64,000 bases of DNA, from assembly GCA_947304355.1 (NCBI GenBank), contig CAMZAX010000001.1, forward strand, positions 78,950-142,949, given 5' to 3'. Of the stretch, positions 18,705-28,368 are shown piece after piece (positions within the stretch are counted from its first letter, which is position 1; the number at the start of each line of letters is the position of its first letter). Both the position numbers and the translations under genes were made by a program. Origin of the DNA: an uncultured Selenomonadales bacterium (GTDB taxonomy: Bacteria > Bacillota > Negativicutes > Selenomonadales > Selenomonadaceae). The notes below the pieces were generated by a model, which did no database searches, was not told the origin of the DNA, and saw only the letters and a program-made list of their open reading frames with translations.

Positions 18705-19739
18705 TTGGTCATCATCATGAATCCGGAAGCGACTTCGCAGAACATCGACGAAGTCATTAAGGCGATAAAGAGCGTCGGGCTTGACGCGAAAATCATGGAG
18801 GGCGCGCAACAGAAAATCGTCGGCGTAATCGGCGACAAGACCAAACTTGCGAGCGTGGCGATTGACGCGTTGCCGGGCGTCGAAAGTTCCGTTGCCATTT
18901 CCAAAAGCTACAAATTGGCGAGCCGCGAATTTCATCCGCAATCGAGCGTTGTCGACGTCAGCGGCGTGAAAATCGGCGGCGGCGTGCCCGTCGTCATGGC
19001 GGGTCCTTGTGCTGTCGAAAGTCGCGAACAATTAATCAAGGCGGCGAAAATCGTTGCGGACGGCGGTGCACAATTCCTGCGCGGCGGCGCGTACAAGCCG
19101 AGAACTTCGCCTTATTCGTTCCAAGGGCTTGAAGTCGAAGGCTTGAAATATCTTGCCGAGGCGCGCGAAGTCACGGGGCTCAAAATCGTCACGGAAGTCA
19201 CGACAGTCGAAGGCATCGCGCCCGTCGCCGAATACGCGGACATGTTGCAAATCGGCGCGCGCAATATGCAGAACTTTGGTTTGCTGAAAGAGGTCGGCAA
19301 GTGCAAGCGTCCCGTCCTGCTCAAGCGCGGGCTGGCTGCGACAATCGACGAGTGGCTTAACGCCGCCGAATACATCATGAACGCGGGCAACCCGAACGTC
19401 GTGCTTTGCGAACGCGGCATCCGCACTTACGAGACCTACACGCGCAACACGTTGGACTTGTCGGCGGTGGCGGCAGTCAAGCACCTGTCGCACCTGCCGA
19501 TAATCGTCGACCCGTCGCACGGCACCGGCAAATGGCGCATGGTCAAACCCATGGCGTTGGCGGCTGTCGCGGCGGGCGCGGACGGCTTAATGATGGAAAT
19601 GCACCCGAATCCCGCGCGGGCTCTGTCGGACGGCTCGCAATCGCTGACGCCCGAACATTATCGCGCGGTCATGGGCGGCATTAAAAAATTGGCGACGTTC
19701 CTGCGCGACGAAAACTTAATCGGACTCGACGAGGGGTGA
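18705..19739 (+). CDS. 3-deoxy-7-phosphoheptulonate (DAHP) synthase, type I-beta, with an N-terminal regulatory domain
   Basis: GPCAVES, KPRTSPYSFQG and DPSH motifs, plus a ~70-aa ferredoxin-like N-terminal extension. Confidence 0.88.
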   Translation: MVIIMNPEATSQNIDEVIKAIKSVGLDAKIMEGAQQKIVGVIGDKTKLASVAIDALPGVESSVAISKSYKLASREFHPQSSVVDVSGVKIGGGVPVVMAGPCAVESREQLIKAAKIVADGGAQFLRGGAYKPRTSPYSFQGLEVEGLKYLAEAREVTGLKIVTEVTTVEGIAPVAEYADMLQIGARNMQNFGLLKEVGKCKRPVLLKRGLAATIDEWLNAAEYIMNAGNPNVVLCERGIRTYETYTRNTLDLSAVAAVKHLSHLPIIVDPSHGTGKWRMVKPMALAAVAAGADGLMMEMHPNPARALSDGSQSLTPEHYRAVMGGIKKLATFLRDENLIGLDEG

Positions 19740-19745
19740 AAACTT

Positions 19746-20378
19746 TTGCGCTTGAGGAGAAAGCCTCACATTGACGAAAAATTACAAGCCTTCGCGGACT
19801 TCGTGACGGCACGCGCTGACGTTCAACCGATTGTCAAGGACGCGACGCGCGAGCTGTACGTTGAACTCGGCACAGGCAAAGGCGACTTCATTGCGGCAAT
19901 CGCCGAACGCAACCCGCAAATAAATTTTATCGGGCTTGAAGTCGAGGCGACCGTCGTATTGGCGGCGGCGCGCAAGGTTCGCGACAAGAACTTGACCAAC
20001 GTCCGCCTGATTGTCTTTGACGCGGAGAACATTGCCGAGCTTTTCGCCGAACACGCCGTCGACAGGCTGTACATAAATTTCTGCGACCCGTGGCCGAAAA
20101 AACGTCACGCCAAACGCCGCTTGACGCACGTGCGCTTTTTGGAGCTGTACAAAAAAATTCTCAAGCCCGGCGGCGAAATTTACTTCAAGACGGACAATCG
20201 CGGGCTGTTCGATTTTTCGCTGGAGCAATTCGCGTTGGCCGGTATTGACGTTCGCGACGTGACCAACGACCTGCACGCCGCCGAGCCGCCCGATAACATC
20301 CGCACCGAATACGAAACCAGATTCAGCGCAGCAGGCGTCCCGATTAATTCTTGCGTCGCGGAGGTTGCCAATGGATAA
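19746..20378 (+). CDS. trmB: tRNA (guanine46-N7)-methyltransferase
   Basis: ELGTGKGDF, FCDPWPKKRHAKRR. Confidence 0.9.
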   Translation: MRLRRKPHIDEKLQAFADFVTARADVQPIVKDATRELYVELGTGKGDFIAAIAERNPQINFIGLEVEATVVLAAARKVRDKNLTNVRLIVFDAENIAELFAEHAVDRLYINFCDPWPKKRHAKRRLTHVRFLELYKKILKPGGEIYFKTDNRGLFDFSLEQFALAGIDVRDVTNDLHAAEPPDNIRTEYETRFSAAGVPINSCVAEVANG

Positions 20379-21363
20379 GCTGACTTTGGGAATCGAAACG
20401 AGTTGCGACGAGACGGCGGCGGCAGTCCTGCGCGGCGGTCGGCAGCTGTTATCGAACGTCATATCGACGCAAATCCCGTTGCATCAAAAATTCGGCGGCG
20501 TCGTGCCAGAAATCGCGTCACGCAAACATATCGTCAACATCATGCCCGTTATCGACGAGGCGTTGACGGAGGCGGGCGTTAACCTGCGCGACATAAATCA
20601 AATCGCCGTGACCTTCGGACCGGGACTGGCGGGCGCATTGCTTGTCGGACTGTCGGCGGCGAAGTCACTTGCTTACGCGCTGAAAATCCCGCTCATCGCC
20701 GTCAATCACTTGGAAGGGCACATCTTCGCGAACTTCCTCAGCGCGCCGCAACTCGAACCGCCGTTCCTGTCGCTGGTCGTTTCGGGCGGACACACCGCGC
20801 TGATTAATATGACGGACTACAATCGCTTTGAACTGCTCGGACAATCGCGCGACGACGCGGCAGGCGAGGCGTTCGACAAAATCGCGCGCGTCATGGGCTT
20901 GCCCTATCCCGGCGGCCCCGAAATCGACAAGCTTGCCAAAAGCGGCGACCCGAACGCGATAACCTTTCCGCACCCGAAGGTTACGGGCTACGACTTCAGT
21001 TTCAGCGGACTCAAGTCTGCCGTGCTCAACTATCTGAACACCGCGCAGATGAAGGGCGATTCGATTGACGCGGCGGACGTGGCGGCGAGCTTCCAAAAGA
21101 CCGTCGTCGATACGCTTGCCGAAAAAACTTTGGCGGCGGCCGAAGAATTCAACCTGCACAAAATCGTTTTGGCGGGCGGCGTCGCGGCGAATTCGTCACT
21201 GGAAAAAACTTTGCGCACGGCTTGCGAACGGCGCGGGCTTGAATTCTATTACCCGTCGAAAATTCTCTGCACCGACAACGCCGCAATGATCGCTTGTCGC
21301 GGCTACTATCAGAACACTTTCGCCGACGCGACGCTTAACGCCGTCCCGAACCTTGGATTGTAA
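20371..21363 (+). CDS. tsaD: tRNA t6A37 threonylcarbamoyltransferase TsaD
   Basis: LGIETSCDETAAAV, HLEGH, GGVAAN. ATG 20371 is 6 nt after GGAGG. Confidence 0.93.
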   Translation: MDKLTLGIETSCDETAAAVLRGGRQLLSNVISTQIPLHQKFGGVVPEIASRKHIVNIMPVIDEALTEAGVNLRDINQIAVTFGPGLAGALLVGLSAAKSLAYALKIPLIAVNHLEGHIFANFLSAPQLEPPFLSLVVSGGHTALINMTDYNRFELLGQSRDDAAGEAFDKIARVMGLPYPGGPEIDKLAKSGDPNAITFPHPKVTGYDFSFSGLKSAVLNYLNTAQMKGDSIDAADVAASFQKTVVDTLAEKTLAAAEEFNLHKIVLAGGVAANSSLEKTLRTACERRGLEFYYPSKILCTDNAAMIACRGYYQNTFADATLNAVPNLGL

Positions 21364-21375
21364 GGAGACATAAAA

Positions 21376-21816
21376 TTGACCGAACTCAAAAGCCTTGGAA
21401 AAATCACGGCTTACAAATACGATTACGCGCCCGAATTCTTGGAGGCGATACCCAACGCCAACGCCGGGCGCAATTATTTCGTGACGCTCACCAGCGACGA
21501 ATTTACTTGCCTGTGCCCGATAACGCATCAGCCCGACTACGCGACGATTAAAATCCGTTACATTCCCGACGCCAAATTGGTCGAGAGCAAAAGCCTTAAG
21601 CTGTACTTGACGAGCTTCCGCAACTGCGGCACCTTCCACGAGACCGTTGTCAACACGATTGCCGACGACTTGATTAAACTTTTGGAGCCGCGCTATCTTG
21701 AAGTCGAGGGGCTGTTCAGCGTTCGCGGCGGCATTTCAATCGTCCCGTTCGTCAATTACGGGCGCGGCGAATTCGAGGAGCTTGCGCGCAAACGCTTGGC
21801 TGAACGTCATGATTAA
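21376..21816 (+). CDS. queF: NADPH-dependent 7-cyano-7-deazaguanine reductase
   Basis: FTCLCPITHQPDYA, ESKSLKLYLTSFRN. Confidence 0.9.
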   Translation: MTELKSLGKITAYKYDYAPEFLEAIPNANAGRNYFVTLTSDEFTCLCPITHQPDYATIKIRYIPDAKLVESKSLKLYLTSFRNCGTFHETVVNTIADDLIKLLEPRYLEVEGLFSVRGGISIVPFVNYGRGEFEELARKRLAERHD

Positions 21817-22639
21817 ACAGAAACGGCTTGCATTAATCAACGACGTGACGGGCTTCGGGCGGTGTTCCGTGACGGTCGAGTTGCCGATAATCTCCGCGCT
21901 GAAAATTCAAGTCTGCCCGTTGCCGACCGCGCTGTTAAGCGTGCACACCGGCTTCAAAGATTATTTTATGGACGACTTCACCGACCGCATGAACGCCTAT
22001 GCCGACAGCTGGCAACGCAACAATCTGATTTTCGACGCAGTGGCGACGGGTTTTCTCGGCTCCGCCGCGCAGATTGAAATCGTTCGCCGCGTCATAAAAA
22101 ATTTTCCCGCCGTCGTGATAATCGATCCCGTCATGGGCGACCACGGCAAGATTTACAAATCCTACACGCGCGAGATGTGCCGCCGTATGCGTGAGCTGTT
22201 GGAATTCGCCGACCTTGTCACGCCGAACTTAACCGAGGCTTGCGAACTGTTGGGCGTGCCGTATCCCGAAGGCGGCGTCGTGAGCGATTCGGAACTTGCG
22301 ACGATGGCTGCGAACATTGCGGCGAAGACGCGCGGCGGACGTGTCGTGATAACCGGCGTGACGTTGGAGGCGGGCGACCGCGACGACATTGCGAATTTTA
22401 TCTTCGACGGCGGGCAAGTCGACATTGTGACTTCGCGACGCGTGGGCGGCGACCGTTCGGGCAGCGGCGACGTGTTCTTTGCGGTTGCGGCGGCGTCTTG
22501 GCTCAACGGCGAGACTTTGACTGACGCAACGCGCAAGGCGGCGGACTTCGTTGGCAAATGCATTGCGCACGCCGAACGCCTTGACTTGCCTTGGAATTGG
22601 GGCTTGCCGTTTGAAGAATTCCTTACCGACTTGAGGTGA
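21809..22639 (+). CDS. pdxK: Pyridoxamine/pyridoxal kinase
   Basis: Ribokinase-like fold with GFGRCS...PTALLS, DPVMGD and GSGDVF. 8-nt overlap with queF. Confidence 0.75.
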   Translation: MIKQKRLALINDVTGFGRCSVTVELPIISALKIQVCPLPTALLSVHTGFKDYFMDDFTDRMNAYADSWQRNNLIFDAVATGFLGSAAQIEIVRRVIKNFPAVVIIDPVMGDHGKIYKSYTREMCRRMRELLEFADLVTPNLTEACELLGVPYPEGGVVSDSELATMAANIAAKTRGGRVVITGVTLEAGDRDDIANFIFDGGQVDIVTSRRVGGDRSGSGDVFFAVAAASWLNGETLTDATRKAADFVGKCIAHAERLDLPWNWGLPFEEFLTDLR

Positions 22640-22643
22640 TTCG

Positions 22644-23291
22644 ATGATAAAATTTTTCGTGCCGCTGATTCTTTCGGCGGTTATTTTTTTGACGGGTTGC
22701 AGTCAAGAGGATTCGCCCGAAGCCGCGCTCAACGACATTCGGCTTGCGCTTGCCGAACGCGATTCGACAAAGCTTGCCGCCCGCGCAGATTTGAACGCAT
22801 TCTTCGCCGAGACCTACGACGCCACGACCGCAGAGCTTGCCAAACGTTACGACGCCTATAAAGCCAAATATCCCGACGACCCGTACTTCCAACACAGCGC
22901 GGAATTCTTGACGACCTACAACGCCGAACACCGAGAACGGCATTTGAATTTCCTGCGCGGCGTGAGCGATTCGTTCTTCGCGAAGATGCCCGAACCCGAC
23001 GCACCCGAAGACAATCCGACGGCTTATGTCGCCAATGAGTTTGAAAAGATTCGCGCCGCAACCAACGCCACGATTAAGGAAACGCGCATTGCCGACGACC
23101 GTGCGACCGTTGTGCTCGACGTGCAGGGCGACAATTCTTTGCGCGGACAGTTTATCGGGCAACTGACGTTTGAGCTCGGTTTTCACCGCGACGCCGACAA
23201 GCGTTGGCACTTCGACGCGATAGAAAATCTCGACGACTTGACGCCCGCGCTCGTCGACAAGGCGGAACTCGTTTGGATTACGTTCCAATAA
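22644..23291 (+). CDS. Hypothetical lipoprotein
   Basis: Lipobox LTGCS after a signal peptide; no family recognised. Confidence 0.6.
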   Translation: MIKFFVPLILSAVIFLTGCSQEDSPEAALNDIRLALAERDSTKLAARADLNAFFAETYDATTAELAKRYDAYKAKYPDDPYFQHSAEFLTTYNAEHRERHLNFLRGVSDSFFAKMPEPDAPEDNPTAYVANEFEKIRAATNATIKETRIADDRATVVLDVQGDNSLRGQFIGQLTFELGFHRDADKRWHFDAIENLDDLTPALVDKAELVWITFQ

Positions 23292-23366
23292 AATTTTTCT
23301 TGCCTTTAAGTCGGCTCAACGTGTTATAATCGGCGCGTGTTAAAAATTTTTTGGAGAGTGATTTGC

Positions 23367-24536
23367 ATGGCATTTACTTGGCACATACCGACGAAAATTC
23401 TCTTCGGTGCGGGCAAACTCGGCGAACTGCACAAAGAGGCTCCGCTCGGCAAAAAAGCGTTGATCGTCATCTCGAACGGACGCTCGACGAAACTCAACGG
23501 CAGTCTCGACAAATTGCAAGAGGAACTTACGGCTTGGGGCGCGGACTTCGTCGTCTTCAACAAAATCGGCGCGAACCCGACCGAACCCGTCACGCAGGAG
23601 GGCGTTGACTTCGGGCGCGCCAACGGTTGCGATTTCGTCGTGGGCTTGGGCGGCGGCTCGGTGCTCGACGCGGCAAAGGCTATCGCAAGCGTCATCCCGC
23701 AAAAGGACGGCGGACGCGTCTGGGATTACATCATGTTCGGCACTGGCGGCAAGAAACCGTTGACCGAAAAAGCTCTGCCCTATGTCGCAGTCACGACAAG
23801 CGCGGGCACCGGCTCCGAAGTGGACGCGGGCGCAGTCATCACCAACCTCGACACCAACGAGAAGACCGCGTTTTTCGGCAGCTATCCGACGTTGGCGATT
23901 GTTGACCCGCTTTACATGCTTACCGTCCCGAAACACTTCACGGCGTATCAGGGCTTCGACGCCTTCTTCCACAACGCCGAGGGTTACATTTCCAACGCGT
24001 GCAACGAGGCTTCCGCGATGATTGAGCTGACGGCGATTGAAAAGCTCGCGAAGTATTTGCCCGTTGCCGTAAACGACGGAAAGAACCTTGAGGCGCGCAC
24101 GCAGGTTGCCTTCGCCAACACGTTGGGCGGCTTTTCCATGGACGTTTGCGTTTGCACGGCGGAACATTCGCTTGAACACGCGTTGAGCGCATATCATCCC
24201 GAATTGCCGCACGGCGCGGGCTTGATTATGATTTCGCTTGCTTACTTCGGGCACTTCGTCGAGAAACACGCTTGCGACGAAAAATTTATCGCAATGGCGC
24301 GTGCGATGGGCAAAGTCAACGCAGACAAGCCCGAAGACTTTATCGACGCGCTGAAGGAAATGCAGGCGGCTTGCGGCGTCGACAACTTGAAAATGAGCGA
24401 CTACGGCATTGCGCCCGACGAGTTCCCGAAAATGGTGCAGAACACCCGCGACGCCATGGGTTTCCTGTTGCAATTCGACCCGGTTGCCTTGAGCGACGAC
24501 GACATGCTGAAAATTTATCAAAAGTCTTATCGCTGA
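23367..24536 (+). CDS. Iron-containing alcohol dehydrogenase
   Basis: GLGGGSVLDAAK and the HxxxH region (EHSLEHALSAYHPELPHG). Confidence 0.88.
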   Translation: MAFTWHIPTKILFGAGKLGELHKEAPLGKKALIVISNGRSTKLNGSLDKLQEELTAWGADFVVFNKIGANPTEPVTQEGVDFGRANGCDFVVGLGGGSVLDAAKAIASVIPQKDGGRVWDYIMFGTGGKKPLTEKALPYVAVTTSAGTGSEVDAGAVITNLDTNEKTAFFGSYPTLAIVDPLYMLTVPKHFTAYQGFDAFFHNAEGYISNACNEASAMIELTAIEKLAKYLPVAVNDGKNLEARTQVAFANTLGGFSMDVCVCTAEHSLEHALSAYHPELPHGAGLIMISLAYFGHFVEKHACDEKFIAMARAMGKVNADKPEDFIDALKEMQAACGVDNLKMSDYGIAPDEFPKMVQNTRDAMGFLLQFDPVALSDDDMLKIYQKSYR

Positions 24537-24538
24537 TT

Positions 24539-24698
24539 GCCCGGAGAGCGTGTTGGTAAATTCAAAATCAAGATGTGACGAGGAATTTTTTCGCATGACG
24601 AGGCGCAAGCGCGACAACGTACTTCGGTACGTTAAGCGCGCGGCAACAACGTCAGGCGGAAAAATAACCGTCACTGTCAATTTACCAACAGCCCCGGC
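24539..24698 (+). other. ~160-nt rod-like imperfect palindrome capped by a UUCG tetraloop hairpin
   Basis: GTTGGTAAATT (24552..24562) pairs with AATTTACCAAC (24679..24689). GTGACG pairs with CGTCAC, TGACG with CGTCA, GCGCG with CGCGC. The apex is AACGTAC-TTCG-GTACGTT (24616..24633). Confidence 0.5.
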
Positions 24699-24729
24699 AA
24701 AAAATTTCGGCGGCGGTGCTTGTCAAGTC

Positions 24730-24758
24730 TTGTAATGAAATTTTTTTCGTGCTATTAT
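24730..24758 (+). promoter_or_regulatory. Sigma-70-like promoter inside the intergenic region
   Basis: TTGTAA, 17-nt spacer, TATTAT. Confidence 0.4.
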
Positions 24759-24764
24759 CTGCGC

Positions 24765-25005
24765 GAAGAAGGACAACATCTGGGAGGTACGAGGACTCAA
24801 TTAATGTCTAACCTACATTAATTTTAGGGAACCTGAATTGATTTCGGAAGATGGAGAATTGTCCGCGCGGCAAGTAACAGACACCGAGCTTAAGGAACCC
24901 ACCTGCGAGTAAGCAGGTTTAGACATTTGGAGGAACCGGCATTTTGGATCCCTTTTTCAGGAGAGATTGCTGATTGTCAATCGGCAGTCTCTTCTTGCTT
25001 TTGCG
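24765..25005 (+). ncRNA. Candidate structured leader or small RNA, class unknown
   Basis: Local hairpins AATTAATG/CATTAATT (24799..24823) and ACCTGC-GAGTAA-GCAGGT (24901..24918), three GGAACC boxes, and a 13-bp terminator-like hairpin at 24963..24991 followed by TTCTTGCTTTTG. Confidence 0.3.
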
Positions 25006-25041
25006 GGCGAAAATGTATAAACTGCACGCGAGGTGAATACA

Positions 25042-25497
25042 ATGGCAGTAAAAATTTCGGGCGCGGCAGTTCCGGCGTCGCCGTTTGAACTTTTGCGCGG
25101 CACGAGCGAACACCCGCACGATAAAGAACTAAGTTTCGAGGCGGAATTGTTGGAGCAACAGGACGACGGCATTTCGCACGAAGAGATGGAGTCGATGCTC
25201 AAAAAAATCGACGAGCAGGCGGCGCGGCTCAGCAAAACACCAACCTACGACGAGCTGAAAGAGTACCGCACGCTGATTAAAAATTTCGTCGGCGCAGCGG
25301 TCAGCAACATGTACGAAGTGCACACGTCTTCGGGTTGGGATCGCATGGGGCGGCGGCGCGTCTACACGACCGTTCGCAAAATCGACAACAAGCTTGAGGA
25401 AATGGCTGAAAAAATTCGGCTTGGACAATCGGAGCAACTCGACGTTATCGCGGCACACGACGCCATTCGCGGTATGCTTGTCGATTTGTATATGTGA
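25042..25497 (+). CDS. DUF327 (YaaR-like) protein
   Basis: Size, position upstream of holB, and the YDELKEYRTLIKNFV region. ATG 25042 is 6 nt after GAGGTG. Confidence 0.7.
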   Translation: MAVKISGAAVPASPFELLRGTSEHPHDKELSFEAELLEQQDDGISHEEMESMLKKIDEQAARLSKTPTYDELKEYRTLIKNFVGAAVSNMYEVHTSSGWDRMGRRRVYTTVRKIDNKLEEMAEKIRLGQSEQLDVIAAHDAIRGMLVDLYM

Positions 25498-26501
25498 TGA
25501 GCAATTTCAATTTATCTTGGGACAATTTCTTCGGCAACGAGCCTGCGGTTGATTATCTGCGCAAAAATCTTGCCGAGAACATTTTTCCGCACGCCGTGAT
25601 TTTTTCGGGCATTGAAGGCGTCGGCAAACGTTTGGCGGCCGAAATCTGCGCGGCGGCGTTGTTGTGCGAAAATCCCCGCGACGGAGCCCCTTGCGGCGTC
25701 TGCGACAACTGCAACTTGACGGCGGCGCACACTCACCCCGATTTTTACATCGTCGAGGCGGAAGAAACCAAGACGGCGCGCAACATCAAAATCGGGCAAA
25801 TTCGCGACATGCAAAGCGAGGCGGCGTTGATGCCGATAAATTCTGCGCGGCGCGTGGTGATAATCGACGGCGCGGAGCTGATGAACAAAGCGGCGGCGAA
25901 TTGCCTGCTGAAAACTTTGGAAGAACCGCCGGGTCAAACGATTTTCATTTTGCTGACGACGAACTTGTCGAGCCTGCTCATGACGATTCGTTCGCGGTGC
26001 GGGACGGTGCGCTTTGACAAATTGTCGGCGGCGAGCATTCGTGACGTACTCATATCAAAAGGCGTTGAAGACCGTGACGCGGGCAAATTTGCGGCAATCG
26101 CGAACGGCAGTCTCGGACAGGCGTTGAAGTTCAGCACTTCGGACGGCGCGGCGTTGCGCGACAAGGCATTGGACATCTTGAACAAGCTTATCGCGAACAA
26201 GCTGACGAACGAAGAAATTTTCACGGCGGGCGCGAAATTCGCCGAGTGGTCGCGAGAAAAGTTCGCAAACTTTATCGTGCACCTGCAGAGGCTTTTGCGC
26301 GACGTTTGCTTTGTCGGCGAGCTTGAGCCGTATAACAGCGACATTGCCGCGCGTCTTGCCGAAATGAAACTTCCCGAACGAAAAATATTTTTGATGATTG
26401 AAACGGGCGTCGAATATCGTAAGCGGCTGCGGTCGAACGCGAATCTGCGCCTGTTAGCTGAAGCGTATCTGTTTCAGTTGCGAAAAATTTACGGAGGATG
26501 A
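25494..26501 (+). CDS. holB: DNA polymerase III subunit delta-prime
   Basis: HAVIFSGIEGVGK, CxxCxxC zinc module, LKTLEEPP, SRC motif. Confidence 0.9.
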   Translation: MMSNFNLSWDNFFGNEPAVDYLRKNLAENIFPHAVIFSGIEGVGKRLAAEICAAALLCENPRDGAPCGVCDNCNLTAAHTHPDFYIVEAEETKTARNIKIGQIRDMQSEAALMPINSARRVVIIDGAELMNKAAANCLLKTLEEPPGQTIFILLTTNLSSLLMTIRSRCGTVRFDKLSAASIRDVLISKGVEDRDAGKFAAIANGSLGQALKFSTSDGAALRDKALDILNKLIANKLTNEEIFTAGAKFAEWSREKFANFIVHLQRLLRDVCFVGELEPYNSDIAARLAEMKLPERKIFLMIETGVEYRKRLRSNANLRLLAEAYLFQLRKIYGG

Positions 26502-26504
26502 TTC

Positions 26505-27536
26505 GTGCAAATAATTGGAGTCAGACTTAAAAAGGCAGGCAAAATTTATTTCTTCGAGCCCAATGACGAAGACATTGCCAAAGGCGATTCGGTTATCGTC
26601 GAGACGGCGCGCGGGCTTGAATGCGGCAAAGTTATCGTCGCGCCGCGCGAACTTGCCGCCGACGAAAATCCCGAATCGGAACCGGGCTTGCCGCTGAAAA
26701 AAATCTGTCGCAAGGCAACCGAAGACGATCTTATTCAGCTTGAGGAAAACCACGCGGCGGAAAAGCGCGCATTTGAAATTTGCCTGCAGAAAATCGCCGA
26801 ACACGAACTGCCGATGAAGTTAATCAACGTGGAATTCACCTTCGACGTGAACAAAATAATTTTCTTCTTCACGGCGGACGGGCGTGTCGACTTTCGCGGG
26901 CTGGTCAGAGATTTGGCGGCGATATTCCGCACGCGCATTGAGCTTAGGCAAGTGGGTGTTCGCGACGAGGCAAAACTTTTGGGCGGCATGGGCGGTTGCG
27001 GACGTCCGCTTTGTTGCGCGTCGTTCTTGGGCGAATTTATTCCCGTGTCGATTCGCATGGCTAAAGACCAAAATTTGTCGCTCAACCCGACGAAAATCAG
27101 CGGCGTGTGCGGGCGGCTCATGTGTTGCCTGAAATACGAAAACGATTTGTATTGCGAGAACTGTCCGCGCCAAAGCGTGACGTTCAGACCGCGCAACGGC
27201 AGCCGCGTCGTGGTGGCGGACGGCGAAGGCAAAGTCGTCGCGGTGAGTTATTCGCGCAGGAACGCTACAATTTTGCTGGACACGAACAAAACCGTCGTCG
27301 CAGGCTGGGAAGACATCTTGCCCGTCAACGCCGAGGATTTTGAATCTGCCGACGACGCCGCGCCTGTTGAGGAGCCCGCGCCCAAGCCCGAACGTCCCGA
27401 ACGCCCGCGCAGGACGGAAGCTTTCAATCGCCGCTACAGTCGCAACGATAATCCCGAACGCACGCCGCATCCCGAACGCCCGACAAGACCGCGCGGCGAC
27501 AGGACGCGTCGTCAACCGCGCGAGCCGAAAAAGTGA
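26505..27536 (+). CDS. PSP1 domain protein (YaaT/RicT-like)
   Basis: Conserved GCGRPLCC...CGRLMCCLKYE cysteines; basic Pro/Arg-rich tail. Confidence 0.88.
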   Translation: MQIIGVRLKKAGKIYFFEPNDEDIAKGDSVIVETARGLECGKVIVAPRELAADENPESEPGLPLKKICRKATEDDLIQLEENHAAEKRAFEICLQKIAEHELPMKLINVEFTFDVNKIIFFFTADGRVDFRGLVRDLAAIFRTRIELRQVGVRDEAKLLGGMGGCGRPLCCASFLGEFIPVSIRMAKDQNLSLNPTKISGVCGRLMCCLKYENDLYCENCPRQSVTFRPRNGSRVVVADGEGKVVAVSYSRRNATILLDTNKTVVAGWEDILPVNAEDFESADDAAPVEEPAPKPERPERPRRTEAFNRRYSRNDNPERTPHPERPTRPRGDRTRRQPREPKK

Positions 27537-28273
27537 GCGACGGCGTTTCATTGCGCGACGGCGAACGGCTTGATGATTTAATGCGGTCGGGGCGCGTCAT
27601 TATCCAGAACGAAAACGAATTTTGCTTTTCAATGGACTCGGTGCTTATCGCGCACTTCCCGCGCTTTAAACGCAACGCCCGCGTCATGGATTTGGGCACG
27701 GGCACGGGCGTCATTCCGCTTTTAATCGTCGACGCCGTCAAGGAAATCTGCGCGGTCGAACTGAATTCGCAAATGGCGGACATTGCGCGGCGCAACGTCG
27801 AGCTCAACGGCTTGACGGAAAAAATTTCGGTCGTGGAGGGTGACTACCGCAAGCACCGCGAACTTTTCAAACCGGAAAGTTTTGACTTGGCGATAGCGAA
27901 TCCGCCTTACATGCCGATAGGAAACGGCGCGGTCAACAAAATTTCGGGCATTGCGCGGGCGCGTCACGAGTTCACCGCGACACTTGACGACGTGGTTACG
28001 GCGGCTCGTTTCGTGCTGAAATTTCGCGGCGTCTTCTGCATGATTCACTTGGCGTCAAGGCTTTGCGAAATCGTCGACGTGTTGCACAGGCGGCAAATGG
28101 AAATGAAACGCCTGCGCCCGATTCAACCGAAAGCTGACCGCGACGCCAACTTGATTATGCTTGAGGCTGTCGTAGGCGCGAACGCGGGCAACTTGCAAAT
28201 CATGCCGCCGCTCGTCGTGCACAATGCCGACGGCTCATATACCGACGAGATTTATCGCATTTACAACGAGTGA
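27533..28273 (+). CDS. SAM-dependent N6-adenine methyltransferase (tRNA1(Val) m6A37 / YabB-like)
   Basis: DLGTGTGVIPL SAM motif and NPPY catalytic motif. GTGA overlap with the upstream stop. Confidence 0.8.
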   Translation: MSDGVSLRDGERLDDLMRSGRVIIQNENEFCFSMDSVLIAHFPRFKRNARVMDLGTGTGVIPLLIVDAVKEICAVELNSQMADIARRNVELNGLTEKISVVEGDYRKHRELFKPESFDLAIANPPYMPIGNGAVNKISGIARARHEFTATLDDVVTAARFVLKFRGVFCMIHLASRLCEIVDVLHRRQMEMKRLRPIQPKADRDANLIMLEAVVGANAGNLQIMPPLVVHNADGSYTDEIYRIYNE

Positions 28274-28303
28274 ACTCCTCGCGACGTTGCGGGGAAAATT
28301 TTT

Positions 28304-28333
28304 TTGTAAGTCTTTGTCAAACATGAAAGCAAC
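28304..28333 (+). promoter_or_regulatory. Extended -10 promoter
   Basis: TTGTCA, 18-nt spacer, TGaTATAAT. Confidence 0.55.
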
Positions 28334-28368
28334 ATGATATAATCCCCGGCAAAAAGGAGGCGGGCACA

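Noticed and set aside
22623-23288. 221-aa minus-strand ORF opposite the lipoprotein gene
   Set aside because: No start context and a shadow-like composition. The plus-strand ORF has a lipobox and is 4 nt downstream of the pdxK stop.
24550-24735. 61-aa ORF in the intergenic region after the alcohol dehydrogenase
   Set aside because: No RBS and an Arg/Lys-rich low-complexity translation. It coincides with the long palindrome, so an RNA or DNA structure is the more likely explanation.
24765-25005. SRP (4.5S/scRNA), 6S, RNase P or tmRNA identity for the structured intergenic RNA
   Set aside because: No GGAAGCAGCC-type SRP domain IV motif, no GAGGAAAGTCC RNase P motif, and no tRNA-like CCA end. 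The UCGGAAGA loop alone is insufficient. Left as unclassified.
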